From Octopus sinensis (lineage: Eukaryota), in NCBI RefSeq assembly GCF_006345805.1, contig NC_043000.1, forward strand, positions 152,272,001 to 152,336,000: a stretch of DNA of 64,000 bases. The letters run 5' to 3'. The notes beneath the pieces were generated by a model. It saw nothing but the letters and a program-made list of their open reading frames with translations. It searched no databases and had not been told where the DNA came from. Within the stretch, counting starts at the first letter, position 1, and every line of letters starts with the position of its first letter. Below are positions 34,473 through 47,229 of this stretch, one piece after another. The position numbers and the translations under genes are program-made.

Positions 34473-36586
34473 AGTCATTATCATTCAAGTCAGTTATTAT
34501 TTGGAATTACTGTTTTCCTTTTTGGTTCAGCCATGTCTTAACAGCACATTTTATTTTGGCATTGTTTCCATGGTTAGATTCCCTTCCTGTCACCAATTGC
34601 TTTACAAAGTTTACAAGATATTTTTTTTTTAATTGTAAAACCCACTCTAGAAAGGTTGCCTCTTGTGTATTCATAGAATATACTTTATGAAATTTTTACC
34701 TTCTCTTGTTTCCCATTTCAAGCACTTTAACAATGACATGGTTCCTGTGTTCTTTACTGAATGTAGAGGCTGGAATGACATATGGTTCCTGTGTTCAGCT
34801 TGGGATCTTGTCACTTGTTATGGTCTCTCAAATCTTCATGAATTTCAACATCCTGTGATTAGCTTTTGCTTCTGCTCTTTGCAAAATCTTTCCACTTGGA
34901 TCATTTGGTGCCTTTATTTTTTTACCCAACTGTCAATCCCCATATATATATATATTACACGACTGTCTCTGTGTTGTTTCCTTTCTTGCACACTACACGG
35001 TGTTTTTACACCCAGTGCTGGTGCCATGTTAAAAGCATTCAGTCCACAATGTAACGTGGTTGGTGTTTGGAAGGGCATCCAGCTGTAAAAATCATACCAA
35101 AACTAATCTCACCTGTACTAGAGCCATGTAAAACGCACTAAGTTCCTTCTATAGAGTAGTTGGTGTTAGGAAGGGTATCCAGCTGTAAAATCCTTGTCAA
35201 AACAGACAGTAGCTTAGGGTAGTTTTTCCACCTGGCTGGCTCCTATCAACCATCCTACCCATGCATGCATGGTACATGGGTGTTAAATGATGATGACGAT
35301 TTCTCTCAACTAATTTGTGCTCCATTGTTCACGCACACTAACATAACACATTCAATAGAGTATGTTTACCTCATTTCTTTCCAGCCTCTGCATTCAGTAA
35401 AATCTCTACCATAAATCTTATTTACAATTCGTGAATCAATTGTCCCACTTCAAAATCCCAGTTAGGCTTTTGTGAGTCCTATAATAAAGGCACCCACCAG
35501 TGATGACTTCATTTTTTAAAAATTTACTGTAGACAAGTAATCTCTCTTCAAGTTAATTCCAAGGGAGATTCAACTCATTATTCAAATTAACAATACATTT
35601 ATACTTATTTCACGATGCTGTTGCTGTATACATCAGTGAAAAGTATCATTCTTTGGTACCTTTTGAAAGTTAGATGAAGTGAACTATTGATAGTCAAAAG
35701 TTTTAGCATCAGTTATATTGTAACATTGGTGATAGGAAATGTTCTGGTGATACTTTAAGCTAATTATGTGACACTAACAATTCATCCAGCTACAGTTCTT
35801 CACAGCTCTTAGACAGTAATTATCATATGTACTTAACTCATTTTGCTTGCTTATAGCCCTGAGATTTAATACATCTATTATCTATTTGGAAATTTGGACT
35901 TTCATATTTTGTAAGTTGCTAAATTCAATACCAACATCAATATTTGGCATTCTCTTTTCCTTGTTGATTTGGCCTCGACTGGCTCCAGTGCCGGTGGCAC
36001 ATAAAAAGCACCATCCGAACGTGGCCGATGCCAGCGTTGCCTTGGCTGGCTTCTGTGCTGGTGGCACGTTAAAAGCACCAACCAATCGTGGCCGATGCCG
36101 GACCCCCCCTGGTACCTGTGCAGGTGGCACGTAAAGAGCACCCACTACACTCGCGGAGTAGTTGGCATTTGGAAGGGCATCCAGCTGTAGAAACTCTGTC
36201 AGATCAGACTGGAGCCTGGTGCAGCCCTGGCTTCCCAGACCCAGGTCGAACCGTCCAACCCGTGCTAGCGTGGAAAACGGACGTTAAACGATGATGATGA
36301 TGATGAAGTCATTATCATTCAAGTCAGTTATTATTTGAAATTACTGTTTTCCTTTTTGGTTCAGCCATGTCTTAACAGCACATTTTATTTTGGCATTGTT
36401 TCCATGGTTAGATTATCTTCCTGTCACCAATTGCTTTACAAAGTTTACAAGATGTTTTTTTTTAATTGTAAAACCCACTCTAGAAAGGTTGCCTCTTGTG
36501 TATTCATAGAATATACTTTAGGAAATCTTTACCTTCTCTTGCTTCCCATTTCAAGCACTTTCTCAATGACATATGGTTCCTGTGTT
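34473..36586 (+). repeat. Direct repeat pair of about 280 bp (34473-34750 and 36307-36586)
   Basis: Near-identical sequence beginning agtcattatcattcaagtcagttattattt. Confidence 0.92.
35970..36306 (+). mobile_element. RTE 3'-UTR-type repeat (an older relative lies at about 35040-35300)
   Basis: Family match with (GAT)n tail. Confidence 0.86.
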
Positions 36587-36691
36587 CTTTTCTGCTAACT
36601 AAAACCTACTAGTCTTTGTTAGATTTACTTTGAAGCTTCTTTATTCTAGTTTTTGTTTCCATATTTGGGATTTCTTCTCTAAACCTATATA

Positions 36692-36874
36692 GGCACAGGA
36701 GTGGCTGTGTGGTAAGTAGCTTGCTAACCAACCACATGGTTCCGGGTTCAGTCCCACTGCATGGCACCTTGGGCAGGTGTCTTCTGCTATAGCCCCGGGC
36801 CGACCAATGCCTTGTGAGTGGATTTGGTAGACGGAAACTGAAAGAAGCCTGTCATATATATGTATATATATATG

Positions 36875-36909
<35 letters not shown>

Positions 36910-37109
36910 TTGTGTGTCTGTGTTTGTCCCCCTAGCAATGCTTGACAACCGATGCTGGTGTGTTTATGTCCCCGTCACTTAGCGGTTCGGCAAAAGAGAC
37001 CAATAGAATAAGTACTGGGCTTACAAGGGGTCGAGTTGCTTGACTAAAAGCGGTGCTCCAGCATGGCTGCAGTCAAATGACTGAAACAAGTAAAAAGAGT
37101 AAAAAGAGT
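36692..37109 (+). mobile_element. SINE family A
   Basis: Full-length match. Confidence 0.88.
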
Positions 37110-37375
37110 CAGCTATGAAAACTAAGTCATCAGCATAGAGTTCTCAATAGCAGTCAGTTTTAAATATCTTTATTGCTTAGAGGACTGTAATAGACAGACC
37201 GTGGCTTAGAACCGAATCATGAGGGATACCAACCTTGTATACTGAATCCCTTGCTGAATATGTTAGCCCTCAATTTGCTGATGGTATCACTGTACATGGC
37301 TTGCATGGCTCTCAAAAACTATCCATCCACTCCTCGTTTCGTATGATTACAGACTGTGGAACCCTGTAAAATGCC
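37110..37375 (-). mobile_element. Old RTE-family RT fragment
   Basis: Minus-strand remnants RAMQAMYSD and ELYADDLVFIA, resembling the RT of the 27-31 kb element. Confidence 0.6.
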
Positions 37376-37404
37376 TTCTTCAATTCAATGAATGATAGGT
37401 CAAT

Positions 37405-37880
37405 TAGTGAACTCTTAAGATCTGGTCATCAAATCTAAGTAGAGACTTCAAACTCAAAATCTTCAAAGCCACAGTCGAACCAATTCTACTATATGGCTCA
37501 GAAACCTGGGCGTTATCAAAGAAGCTTGAGAGGCGGTTGGATGAAACCTACACTCGCCTCCTTATGAGAGCTCAAAATCTCTCGTGGAAGCGCCATCCAA
37601 CCAAAATGCAAATATATGGGAAACTACCACCTGTGTCATCTCTTGTGAAAGGTAGGAGAGTCCAATTTGCTGGACATTGTTGTAGAGCTGAAAAAGAGGT
37701 AATTTCTACTCTTCTCCTCTGGAAGCCATCTACTCGCAAAACCAGAGGGCGCACACTCTCCTACCCTGATGTAATCTCCAGGGATACAGGACCTCCGTAA
37801 TGCCATGATGGACCGTGAAGTCTGGCATAGCATGGCAAATTCCATTGTCTCGACCACGGTCGAACTATGATGATGATGAC
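37405..37880 (+). mobile_element. RTE-type LINE 3' fragment (separate family)
   Basis: FKATVEPILLYGSETW...RRVQFAGHCCRAE...LLLWKPS, ending in a (TGA)n tail. Confidence 0.85.
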
Positions 37881-38196
37881 TTCTGTAGTTATCTTGCCAG
37901 GAAGTGTAGTACCTCTCCCTAGCACAAATGTTAACTTCATTTCATCTGAGCTAATTAGCTTTCTAATTAGTTGTCATATAACTCGTTCAGTAGTTTTCAT
38001 TACCTGATCTATCAATTTGATGCCTCTATAGTTAACTTTCTCCAGTGCATCTCTTTTGCCCTTGTAGCCCTTAAGAACAGCCTCCTACCTGTATTACCAG
38101 TTTCATTATGCAAATGACTAACATCTAACTTATTTTGCCAGAAATTTTAAGCACCATAATCACTTTACCCTCTGGTTCAGCTCACTCACTTTCATA

Positions 38197-38708
38197 TCTA
38201 TATATATAAAACTGTAGTTGTGTGAGTGTCTGTCCCCTTCGATTTTCATTCCTAACTACTCCCACATTTTGCGGTGCAGTTTAACCAAAACCGGGTATCT
38301 TATAGTCGTGATTCATATCGAGCCCGTCTGAGTATTAGCGCGCGTCTACGATGAGTCTACGATTTTAAAAATAATTTAACATCATTTTTTATTCCATTTT
38401 AATGCATAATTTTTCGTGTGTCGATGGCGGCGGAGTTGGCGTCCATGGTCACACCTGCACCTGTTTGCTTCTCCCCTTCTTCCCTCCCTCGTGAAGCTGT
38501 GGGGAAGGGAGTGTAAGGAAATCAACGCCGTAAAGCGTTGTCAAGGAGACCAGCGTTCTTTTAGAACAACGACTTCATGGCTTGAAGACACCAAAACAGA
38601 AATGGCTAAGAAAGCCCGAATTGGCATCTATAAGGGAAGTAACTCTCTAAAAATGCTTATATAGTTATTTCGCTTACAAACCCGAGCAATGCTGGGCGAT
38701 ACTGCTAG
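38197..38708 (+). mobile_element. Non-autonomous Helitron carrying an extra GC-richer segment of about 205 bp
   Basis: Same termini; 38415-38620 is absent from the other copies. Confidence 0.85.
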
Positions 38709-38859
38709 TTGTATATATGACTGCATAGCGGTCAGCTTCACCATTTGTTACCTCTATCAGGTCTGCTTGGAGTATTTCACTTTTCTCTTTATATTCTCCA
38801 CATTCAACAACCTCTCAGGGTAGCACTTTTATTTATTTTTTTCCCATTTCAACTCCATT

Positions 38860-39299
38860 TACTCTTTACTCTCTTTTACTCTTTTACTTGCTTCAGTCAT
38901 TTGACTGCGGCCATACTGGAGCACCGCCCCCAGCCGAGCAAATCGACCCCGGGACTTATTCTTTTGTAAGCCCAGTACTTATTCTATCGGTCTCTTTTGC
39001 CGAACTGCTAAGTGACGGGGACGTAAACACACCAGCATCGGTTGTCAAGCAATGCTAGGGGGACAAACACAGACACACAAACATATACACACACACTTAT
39101 ATATATATATATATATATACATATATACGACAGGCTTCTTTCAGTTTTCGTCTACCAAATCCACTCACAAGGCATTGGTCGGCCCGGGGCTATAGCAGAA
39201 GACACTTGCCTGCCCAAGATGCCACGCAGTGGGACTGAACCCAACCCGGAACCATGTGGTTGGTTAGCAAGCTACTTACCACACAGCCACTCCTGCGCC
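38860..39299 (-). mobile_element. SINE family A
   Basis: Full-length match. Confidence 0.88.
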
Positions 39300-39439
39300 C
39301 ATTTGGATGTTTATTTTTTAACTTTAATAGTTTTTATTTTTGATAATCCACCAAGCTTTCTTATTACAAATATTACTAATGTGATCATAAGTTAGCAATC
39401 TGATATCAAAATAAGATTTGCATTATTCTTTTCTTTCAG

Positions 39440-39621
39440 ATATGGATGCTCAGAGTTTATTGCGTTCTATGATGGTGGTACCAGTCGTTCACCTAGGATC
39501 AGTAGATTATGTGGCCAAAAAACCACTACACATACTATTTTCTCTCAAAGCAGTGTATTGTTTGTGCGATTTCGTACACGCTATAGTTCCTATAAGGGCT
39601 TTAAGCTCAAATATTCAATAG
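39440..39621 (+). CDS. CUBN: Cubilin-like exon I (CUB repeat 5, C-half)
   Basis: tctttcag acceptor, g|gtatat donor; YGCSEFIAFYDGGTSRSPRISRLCG...LFVRFRTRYSSYKGFKLKYSI; phase 2 to 1. Confidence 0.9.
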
Positions 39622-39838
39622 GTATATTCATTTCTTTCCTTATATTGTTCTTTGTGCTCTTGCTGTTCTTTTAGTCTATCAATGATTTTTACTAACTGTT
39701 TATTTTATTTGTAACTCTCAGTAAATTACTGGCTGGAGAGTTTATAAAAAACAGCTGTAAGTAGCAGTTGACACTTGCAAATTAGACATTTTCAGAAAAG
39801 TAATTGCATTTGAGCCATTGGTGAGCTTCTATATAGCC

Positions 39839-40222
39839 GTGGAGGCGCAATGGCCCAGTGGGTAGGGCAACAGACTCGTGGTCGGAGGATCGCGGTTTCG
39901 ATTCCCAGACCGGGCATTGTGAGTGTTTATTGAGCGAAAACACCTAAAGCTCCACGAGGCTCCGGCAGGGGATGGTGGCGAACCCTGCTGTACTCTTTCA
40001 CCACAGCTTTCTCTCGCTCTTTCTTCCTGTTTCTCTTGTACCTGTATTTCAAAGGGCCAGCCTTGTCACACTCTGTGTCACGCTGAATCTCCTCGAGAAC
40101 TACGTTAAGGGTTCACGTGTCTGTGGAGTGCTCAGCCACTTGCACGTTAATATCACGAGCAAGCTGTTCCGTTGATCGTATCAGCTGTGACCCTCATCGA
40201 CGCAACTGATGGAGTGCTCCCC
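39839..40222 (+). mobile_element. SINE family B, tail type 2
   Basis: 10-bp TSD ctatatagcc. Confidence 0.9.
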
Positions 40223-40436
40223 CTATATAGCCACTCAACTTACCATAATTAGTAGCTAAATCTCCCTTAAATCTTACTTTACCATCATAAAAACAGGAAG
40301 CCACATTGGCTGATGTAGTCTTAGATAGACTGTCTGAAACAAAAGTTGGTAGTATCAAATCTTGAATACTTTTGATTATAGGTATACTTGATCAGGGCAG
40401 AGTTTGGCAAAAGACAAAAAAAAAACAACAGCTATA

Positions 40437-40655
40437 ACTCTTTACTCTTTTACTCTTTTACTTGTTTCAGTCATTTGACTGCGGCCATACTGGAGTGCCG
40501 CCTTTAGTCGAGCAAATCGACCCCGGTACTTATTCTTTTGTAAGCCCAGTACTTATTCTATCGGTCTCTTTTGCCGAACCGCTAAGTGACGGGGGATGTA
40601 AACACACCAGCATCGGTTGTCAAGCAATGCTAGGGGGACAAACACAGACACACAA

Positions 40656-40714
<59 letters not shown>

Positions 40715-40878
40715 CGACAGGCTTCTTTCAGTTTCCGTCTACCAAATCCACTCACAAGGCATTGGTCGGCCCGAGGCTATAGTAGAAGACACTTGCCCAA
40801 GATGCCACGCAGTGGGACTGAACCCAGAACCATGTGGTTGGTTAGCAAGCTACTTACCACACAGCCACTCCTGCGCCT
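40437..40878 (-). mobile_element. SINE family A
   Basis: Full-length match with expanded (CA)n. Confidence 0.88.
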
Positions 40879-41014
40879 ATGTTATAGGTTATATAACAAA
40901 TTTAAAAAAAAAATTGGAAGCACTGAAATGACCAGTTGCTAAATAGGTTACAGTTCTGCGATCAGAGATAATTAGAAGTTTAAATAAATACATAATCATC
41001 ATCATCATTTAGCG

Positions 41015-41362
41015 TCCGCTTTCAATGCTAGCATGGGTTGGACAGTTCAACTGGGGTCTGTGAAGCCAGATGGCTGCACCAGACTCCAATCTGATCTTGC
41101 AGTGTTTCTACGGCTGGATGCCCTTCCTAACGCCAACCACTCCGTGAGTGTAGTGGGTGCTTTTTACGTGCCACCTGCACAGGTGCCAAACGGAGCTGGC
41201 AAACGGCCACGGACGGATGGTGCTTTTTACGTGCCACCGGCACGGGGGCCAGGCGAGGCTGGCAAACGGCCACGGATGGATGGTGCTTTTTACGTGCCAC
41301 CGGCACGGGGGCCAGGCGAGGCTGGCAAACAGCCACGGACGGATGGTGCTTTTTACGTGCCA
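41015..41362 (-). mobile_element. RTE 3'-UTR-type repeat with about 3 units of 61 bp
   Basis: Family match. Confidence 0.86.
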
Positions 41363-41562
41363 TAAATAAATAATTATTTTAAAGGAAACTATGTTAAACA
41401 TTGCTGTATTTCAGTTGAAGCCATGTTTCTTGATTTGCTTATTAATAAATACATTCACTATTATTTGTTCTCTTGTTATTTTAGTCTGCTAATGTTTTCA
41501 TAACACCTTTATAACAGTCTTTCATAACACCTTTATAAGCTGCTTTCTAATCTCTGTTTTAG

Positions 41563-41769
41563 CAAAGTGTGGTGGCACATTTAATGCTGAACATGGCCAC
41601 ATCAAGAGTGAAAATTATCCTCAAAATTACGAAAATAATGTAAATTGTGAGTGGGCAATAAGGCTTGTTCCTCGTTATTATATTACTCTGGACTTTGAAG
41701 ATTTTAAGCTGCAAACATCTCCAAACTGTTCAGCAGATTATTTATATATATATGAAAAGATACCAGAAG
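41563..41769 (+). CDS. CUBN: Cubilin-like exon J (CUB repeat 6, N-half)
   Basis: tgttttag acceptor, aag|gtaagt donor; KCGGTFNAEHGHIKSENYPQNYENNVNCEWAI...DFEDFKLQTSPNCSADYLYIYEKIPE; phase 1 to 1. Confidence 0.93.
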
Positions 41770-41867
41770 GTAAGTGAAATTAATGCTTCATACAGACATC
41801 AATTTTTTTGTATGCTTCGAAGAAATTTAAAAAATTACTTTTTGTATTCTATGAAGCTAAGATGAGT

Positions 41868-42281
41868 ATTACTCTTTTACTCTTTTACTCTTTTACTCTT
41901 TTACTTGTTTCAGTCATTTGACTGCGGCCATGCTGGAGCACCGCCTTTAGTCGAGCAAATCGACCCGGGGACTTATTCTTTGTAAGCCTAGTACTTATTC
42001 TATCGGTCTCTTTTGCCGAACCGCTAATTGACGGGGACGTAAACACACCAGCATCGGTTGACAAACACAGACACACAAACATACACACACACACACATAT
42101 ATATATATATACATATATACGACGGGTTTCTTTCAGTTTCCGTCTACCAAATCCACTCACAAGGCATTGGTCGGCCCGAGGCTATATTAGAAGACACTTG
42201 CCCAAGGTGCCACGCAGTGGGACTGAACCCGGAACCATGTGGTTGGTAAGCAAGCTCTTTACCACACAGCCACTCCTGCAC
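41868..42281 (-). mobile_element. SINE family A
   Basis: Full-length match with a small internal deletion. Confidence 0.88.
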
Positions 42282-42337
42282 CTATAATTAGATTAATTAT
42301 TTCTTGAAGATTATCCTAATATAATAATGAGCATTGT

Positions 42338-44665
42338 CATCATCATCATCGTCGTCGTTTAACATCTGCTTTCCATGCTGGCATGGATTGGATGGTTTGA
42401 CTAAGGGCTGGCAAGCAAAAAGGCTGCACCAGGCTCCAGTCTGACCTCGTAAAGTTTCTGCAGCTGAATGACCTTCCTAATGCCAATCACTCCGAGAGTG
42501 TGGTGGGTATTTTTTACGTGCCACCGGTATGGGGGCCAGTCAGGTAGTGCTGGCATCGACCATGCTCGAATGGTGCCTTTTACATGCCACCGGCATGGGA
42601 CCAATTAGGTGTCACTGGCATCGACCACTCACAAAGGGTGCTTTTTGCTTGCCACTGGCATGGGTGCCAATTAGGCAGTACTGTCATCGGCCACAACAAT
42701 GACTTCACTTGATTCAAGAGGTCTTTGCAAGTGCAGTTTATTGTCCAATGATTGAAGGGTACTCTTAAATGGACCGGTTATGCTGCACTGGCATAGGCCA
42801 CTTCGCTTGCTGGGTCTTCACAATCACAGCATATCTCCAAAGGTTTTGGTCACTTGTCATTGCCTCCATGAGGCCCAACATTCGAATGTCGTACTTCACC
42901 ACCTCATCCCAGGTCTTCCTCGGTCTACCTCTTCCACAGTTTCCCTCTACTGCTAGGGTGTGACACTTTTTCAAACAGCTGTCCTTATCCATACGCAATA
43001 TATGACCATACTAGTGCAGTCGTTTCTCTTGCACACCACATCTGATCCTTCTTATGTCCAACTTTTCTCTCAGGGCGCTTACACTCTGTCATGTATGCAC
43101 ACTGATATTACACATCCAGCGGAGCATACAAGCTTCAATCCTTGCAAGCTAATGCATGTCCTCAGCAGTTGCTGCTCATATTTCACTGCCACATAGCATG
43201 GCTATTCGCACACATGCGTCATACAGTCTACCTTTTACTCCGAGCGAAAGGCCTTTTCTCACCAGCTGAGGTAGGAGCTCTCTGAACTTTGCCCAGGCTA
43301 TTCTTATTCTAGCAGCTACACTCTCAGAGCATCCACCCCCTGCTACTGACTTGGTCACCTAGGTAATGGAAGCTGTCAACTACTTGCAGTTTTTCTCCCT
43401 GGATTGTGACGGAAGCTGTTTAATTGTCTGCCTTCCTACTTACTAAGACTCTGATTTTTGCTTGGTTAACTCTAAGGCATTTCGATTCTAGACCTTGCTT
43501 CCATACCTGAAACTTCTCTAGTTCTCATAGTGCTTCAGCTGTAATAACAAGATCATCAGTGTAGAGTAGCTCCCAGGGGCAGCCTGTCTTAAATTCCTCT
43601 GTTTTTACCTGGAGGACTCTGATGAACAAGAGGGGGCAGAGAACTGATCCTTGGTAAACCCCTGCTTGGCGAACTCCTACTTGTACTAACCCTCACTCAA
43701 CTGGTAGCATCTCTGTACATGGCTTGTACACCTCTCACCAACTACTCATCTATCCCTAGTTTCCACAGTGACCACCAGATAAGGGATTGTGGGACCTTGT
43801 CAAAGGCTTTCTCCAAGTCAACAAAAGCCAAGTACAAAGGTTTATCTTTGGCTAGGTATTTCTCCTGCAGCTGCCTTACCAGAAATATATCATCAGTGGT
43901 GCTTCACCCTGACACAAAACCAAACTGCATCTCATCTAGACTAACTCTCTCTCTAATTCGTTAGGCTATGACTGTCTCAGTAACTTTCATTACCTGATCC
44001 AACAATCTGATACCTCTGTAATTATTTCTGTCTAAGGCATCACCTTTGCCTTTGTAGAAGTTGACTAAGGTGCTGCTACTCCAGTCATTGGGTATGACTC
44101 CTTCTTGAACCACCTGGGTGACTAGACCATAACCCACACTCCCAAATATTTCAAGCACTTCAGTGATGATTCCTGATGGGCCGTAGCTTCCCTTGTCTTC
44201 ATGTCCTTAATTGCTTTATCTACCAGGGTACAGTCCATTCAGATAACTGGTCCCTCAATTGGGTCAACATTTGGTGAGAGACGGTTAGCACTCCCCCGGA
44301 CAAGGACGGAAGAGATCAATTGATCTTTCTAACCCATTCATTCTCCACATTCAACAGTCTTTCATAATGGCATTTCCAAGCCTCTTTCTTTGCAGAAACA
44401 TTAAAAGCAAGCATGCCATCATCCATGCAAACACATTTCTCTCCTATGACATCACAATTTTCTCTCATACACTGTCTTGCAATCTGAAACACTTCAAGTC
44501 TTTAGTCCTCACATTGCTGAACATAGGCAAACTTCTTTTCTGCCTCTCCCTTGGCTTGATATACCTGTCTCTTGGCTTCCCTTCTGGCTATTTGATACAG
44601 TTCCCTGCTAATTCCACTCTTCTAGGCCTGTTTCTTTGCTCTAATGGCCCTGTCTACAGCATCAA
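42338..44665 (-). mobile_element. Degenerate, 5'-truncated second copy of the same RTE family, including 3' UTR array and tail
   Basis: Collinear with 27135-30070; ORF remnants MRMDKDSCLKKCHTLAVEG, ARIRIAWAKFRELL, YKGKGDALDRNNYRGI; many stops and frameshifts. Confidence 0.9.
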
Positions 44666-44890
44666 TAATCATATATAAATAAAAAATATAAATTCAATAT
44701 AAATGCATGCATTAATAACAGTAAAATATGAATTCAGAGTAGTATTATTAGTAGCATTATAATAAAGTATATTTCAGAGTATATAATATGAAAGTATACA
44801 TTGAGAAATGTGGAAATGTTAATATAATACAGCAATATGATCAAAAATATATTGGATATAAATCCTGATCTATTATATATATATATATAT

Positions 44891-45230
44891 GAAGGCGCAT
44901 GGCTCAGTGGTTAGAGCGTCGGGCTTACGATCGTGAGGTTGTGAGCTCGAATCCCGGACCGGACTGCGTGTTGTGTTCTTGAGCAAGGCACTTTATTTCA
45001 CGTTGCTCCAGTTCACTCAGCTGTAGAAATGAGTTGCGACGTCACTGGTGCCAAGCTGTATCGACCTTTGTCTTTCCCTTGGATAACACTGGTGGCGTGG
45101 AGAGGGGAGGCTGGTATGCAAAGGGGCGACTGCTGGTCTTCCATAAACAACCTTGCCCGGACTTGTGTCTAGGAGGGTAACTTTCTAGGTGCAATCCCAT
45201 GGTCATTCATGACCGAAGGGGGTCTTTACC

Positions 45231-45231
<1 letters not shown>
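44891..45231 (+). mobile_element. tRNA-derived SINE family C
   Basis: Head gaaggcgcatggctcagtggttagagcg...ctcgaatccc; central block ttgtgttcttgagcaaggcacttt...ttgctccagt resembles conserved metazoan SINE core domains. Confidence 0.85.
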
Positions 45232-45270
<39 letters not shown>

Positions 45271-45274
<4 letters not shown>

Positions 45275-45605
45275 GCCAACCAAGTGTGGTGTTCCAAACC
45301 GAATAGTGCTGCTGACTTTTATAGCCCCAGGAAGACATCTCCTCCAGCTGGCTAACAACACACATTCTGTATCCGATTAGTATTTCTGAGGTGAGGTCAT
45401 TGCTCTCATCCCTAGCCTTACGTGATACACATGGACTCGAGTTTCTGGGTGTATCACATAAGGCTAGGGATGGGAGCGATGACCCCATCCCTCGCAAATA
45501 CTAATTAGACACAGAATGTGTGTTTCTAGTTACCAGGAGGTCTTCTTGGGGCTATAAAATTCAGCAGCACTATCCTGTTTGGGACGCCACACTTGGTTGA
45601 CAGTT
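45271..45605. mobile_element. Foldback element, long inverted repeat in a (TA)n context
   Basis: Arms of about 160 bp are reverse complements (aattgccaaccaagtgtgg... / ...ccacacttggttgacagtt); central loop about 18 nt. Confidence 0.8.
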
Positions 45606-45657
45606 ATATGTTATGATTCTGTATTGCTACTGTTTACATCTTGCTCTCTCTCTCTCT

Positions 45658-45700
<43 letters not shown>

Positions 45701-45826
45701 GGTCGTATACTGTCAACGCCATTTAGCCCTAGGAAACATTGACGTTTCCTGTCGGCTTTGACACATTTTCTGTGTCCTTATATTTGCAAAGGGGAGGCAA
45801 TCACCCCCGCCAGCTGGGACTAAGCA

Positions 45827-45872
45827 CCTGAAGACAAATGTTTCTGAGTGTATTGCTCGTCATCAGCTCAGG
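45827..45872 (-). ncRNA. Type I hammerhead ribozyme motif (different family)
   Basis: CCUGAG-CUGAUGA-CGAGCAAUACACUCA-GAAA-CAUUUG-UC-UUCAGG: 6-bp stem I, GAG/CUC stem II, GUC triplet. Confidence 0.72.
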
Positions 45873-46189
45873 GTAGCCAGTCTCGCTCGCTGAGATGACT
45901 GCAACCTCTTTGCAAATATATCCTATTTTCAGTAAAATTTATTTACTGGTCACCGAAATTAGAAATATTGAATTTATAAATGTCTCAGAGCAACATGAGT
46001 GGTGGTGGAGCGATATAGTGGTCGTATACTGTCAACTCAATGTGACAGTCCCGTAAGGGAATTACACCACTGCTATTTAGCCCTAGGAAACATCGACATT
46101 TTATATATAATTATATATATATATATCACAGAAACACTTAAGCATTATTCTAGTATAAGGTTACTAATGAAGACAATCATGCAATATAA

Positions 46190-46590
46190 ATCATCATCAT
46201 CATCATCATCGTTTAACGTCCGTTCTCCATGCTAGCATGGGTTGGACGGTTCGACCGGGGATCTGGGAAGCCAGAAGGCTGCACCAGGCTCCAGTCTTAT
46301 CTGGCAATGTTTCTACAGCTGGATGCCCTTCCTAACGCCAACCACTCCGTGAGTGTAGTGGGTGCTTTTTACGTGCCACCTGCACAGGTGCCAGGCGAGG
46401 CTGGCAACGGCCACGGTCGGATTGGTGTATTTTATGTGCCACCGGCACGGAAGCCAGTCGAGGCGGCGCTGGCATCGGCCATGAGTCGGATAGTGCTTTT
46501 TACGTACCACCAGACCAGGGATCCTGGCAGGTTCAATTCGATTTCGATTTCGATTTCGCTTGCCCCAACATGTCTTCGCAAGCAAAGGGG
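46190..46590 (-). mobile_element. RTE 3'-UTR-type repeat
   Basis: Family match; includes a (ttcgat)n segment toward its 5' end. Confidence 0.85.
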
Positions 46591-46986
46591 GTTGGCACAA
46601 ATAATAAAACTGCTATAAGTCATGAATCCTTTAACAAGACCAATCTTACAGGAATGAAAGACAGCTTAAGAAAATGAGACAACAACATTTAAGAGATTCA
46701 CAGTGAACAAGCCAATCAAATATGTATTCTCATCATCGGCTACTGAATGAATATCACTATGGTTTCAGCACTGCACACACACACATGTGTATTTGAAGGA
46801 GAGAAAGAGAGCTAATGTTTTTTTCTTGAAGTTTTGATCAGTTTTGATCTGGAATTTATAAAATATACACTTGACACTTATGTAAATGATTTGGACTGAC
46901 TAAAACCTCTCCTGTTAATAATATTCTGGATGACTTCAGTTTTAATTTTACTTTTGTTTTTAACGAGCATATTTGTTTTCTTTTAG

Positions 46987-47127
46987 AAAGGACACTCTTC
47001 CACTCTTGTGGACACAACTCTACTCAAAGTATACAATCAACCGCACATGAAGTTTTCATAGTTTTCAAAACCGACTCTAATCAAATAGATCAAGGTTTTT
47101 CACTTCGTTACAGTGCAAATCCTCATA
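46987..47127 (+). CDS. CUBN: Cubilin-like exon K (CUB repeat 6, C-half)
   Basis: ttcttttag acceptor, a|gtaagt donor; RTLFHSCGHNSTQSIQSTAHEVFIVFKTDSNQIDQGFSLRYSANPH; phase 1 to 1. Confidence 0.9.
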
Positions 47128-47229
47128 GTAAGTATATGTTGTCTAAATGCTGATTTTGAAGTACAATATGTACATATGAGAAATGTTTATGTGTAAACTA
47201 AGAAATTAAATGTCCTTATTTTTGTCTAT

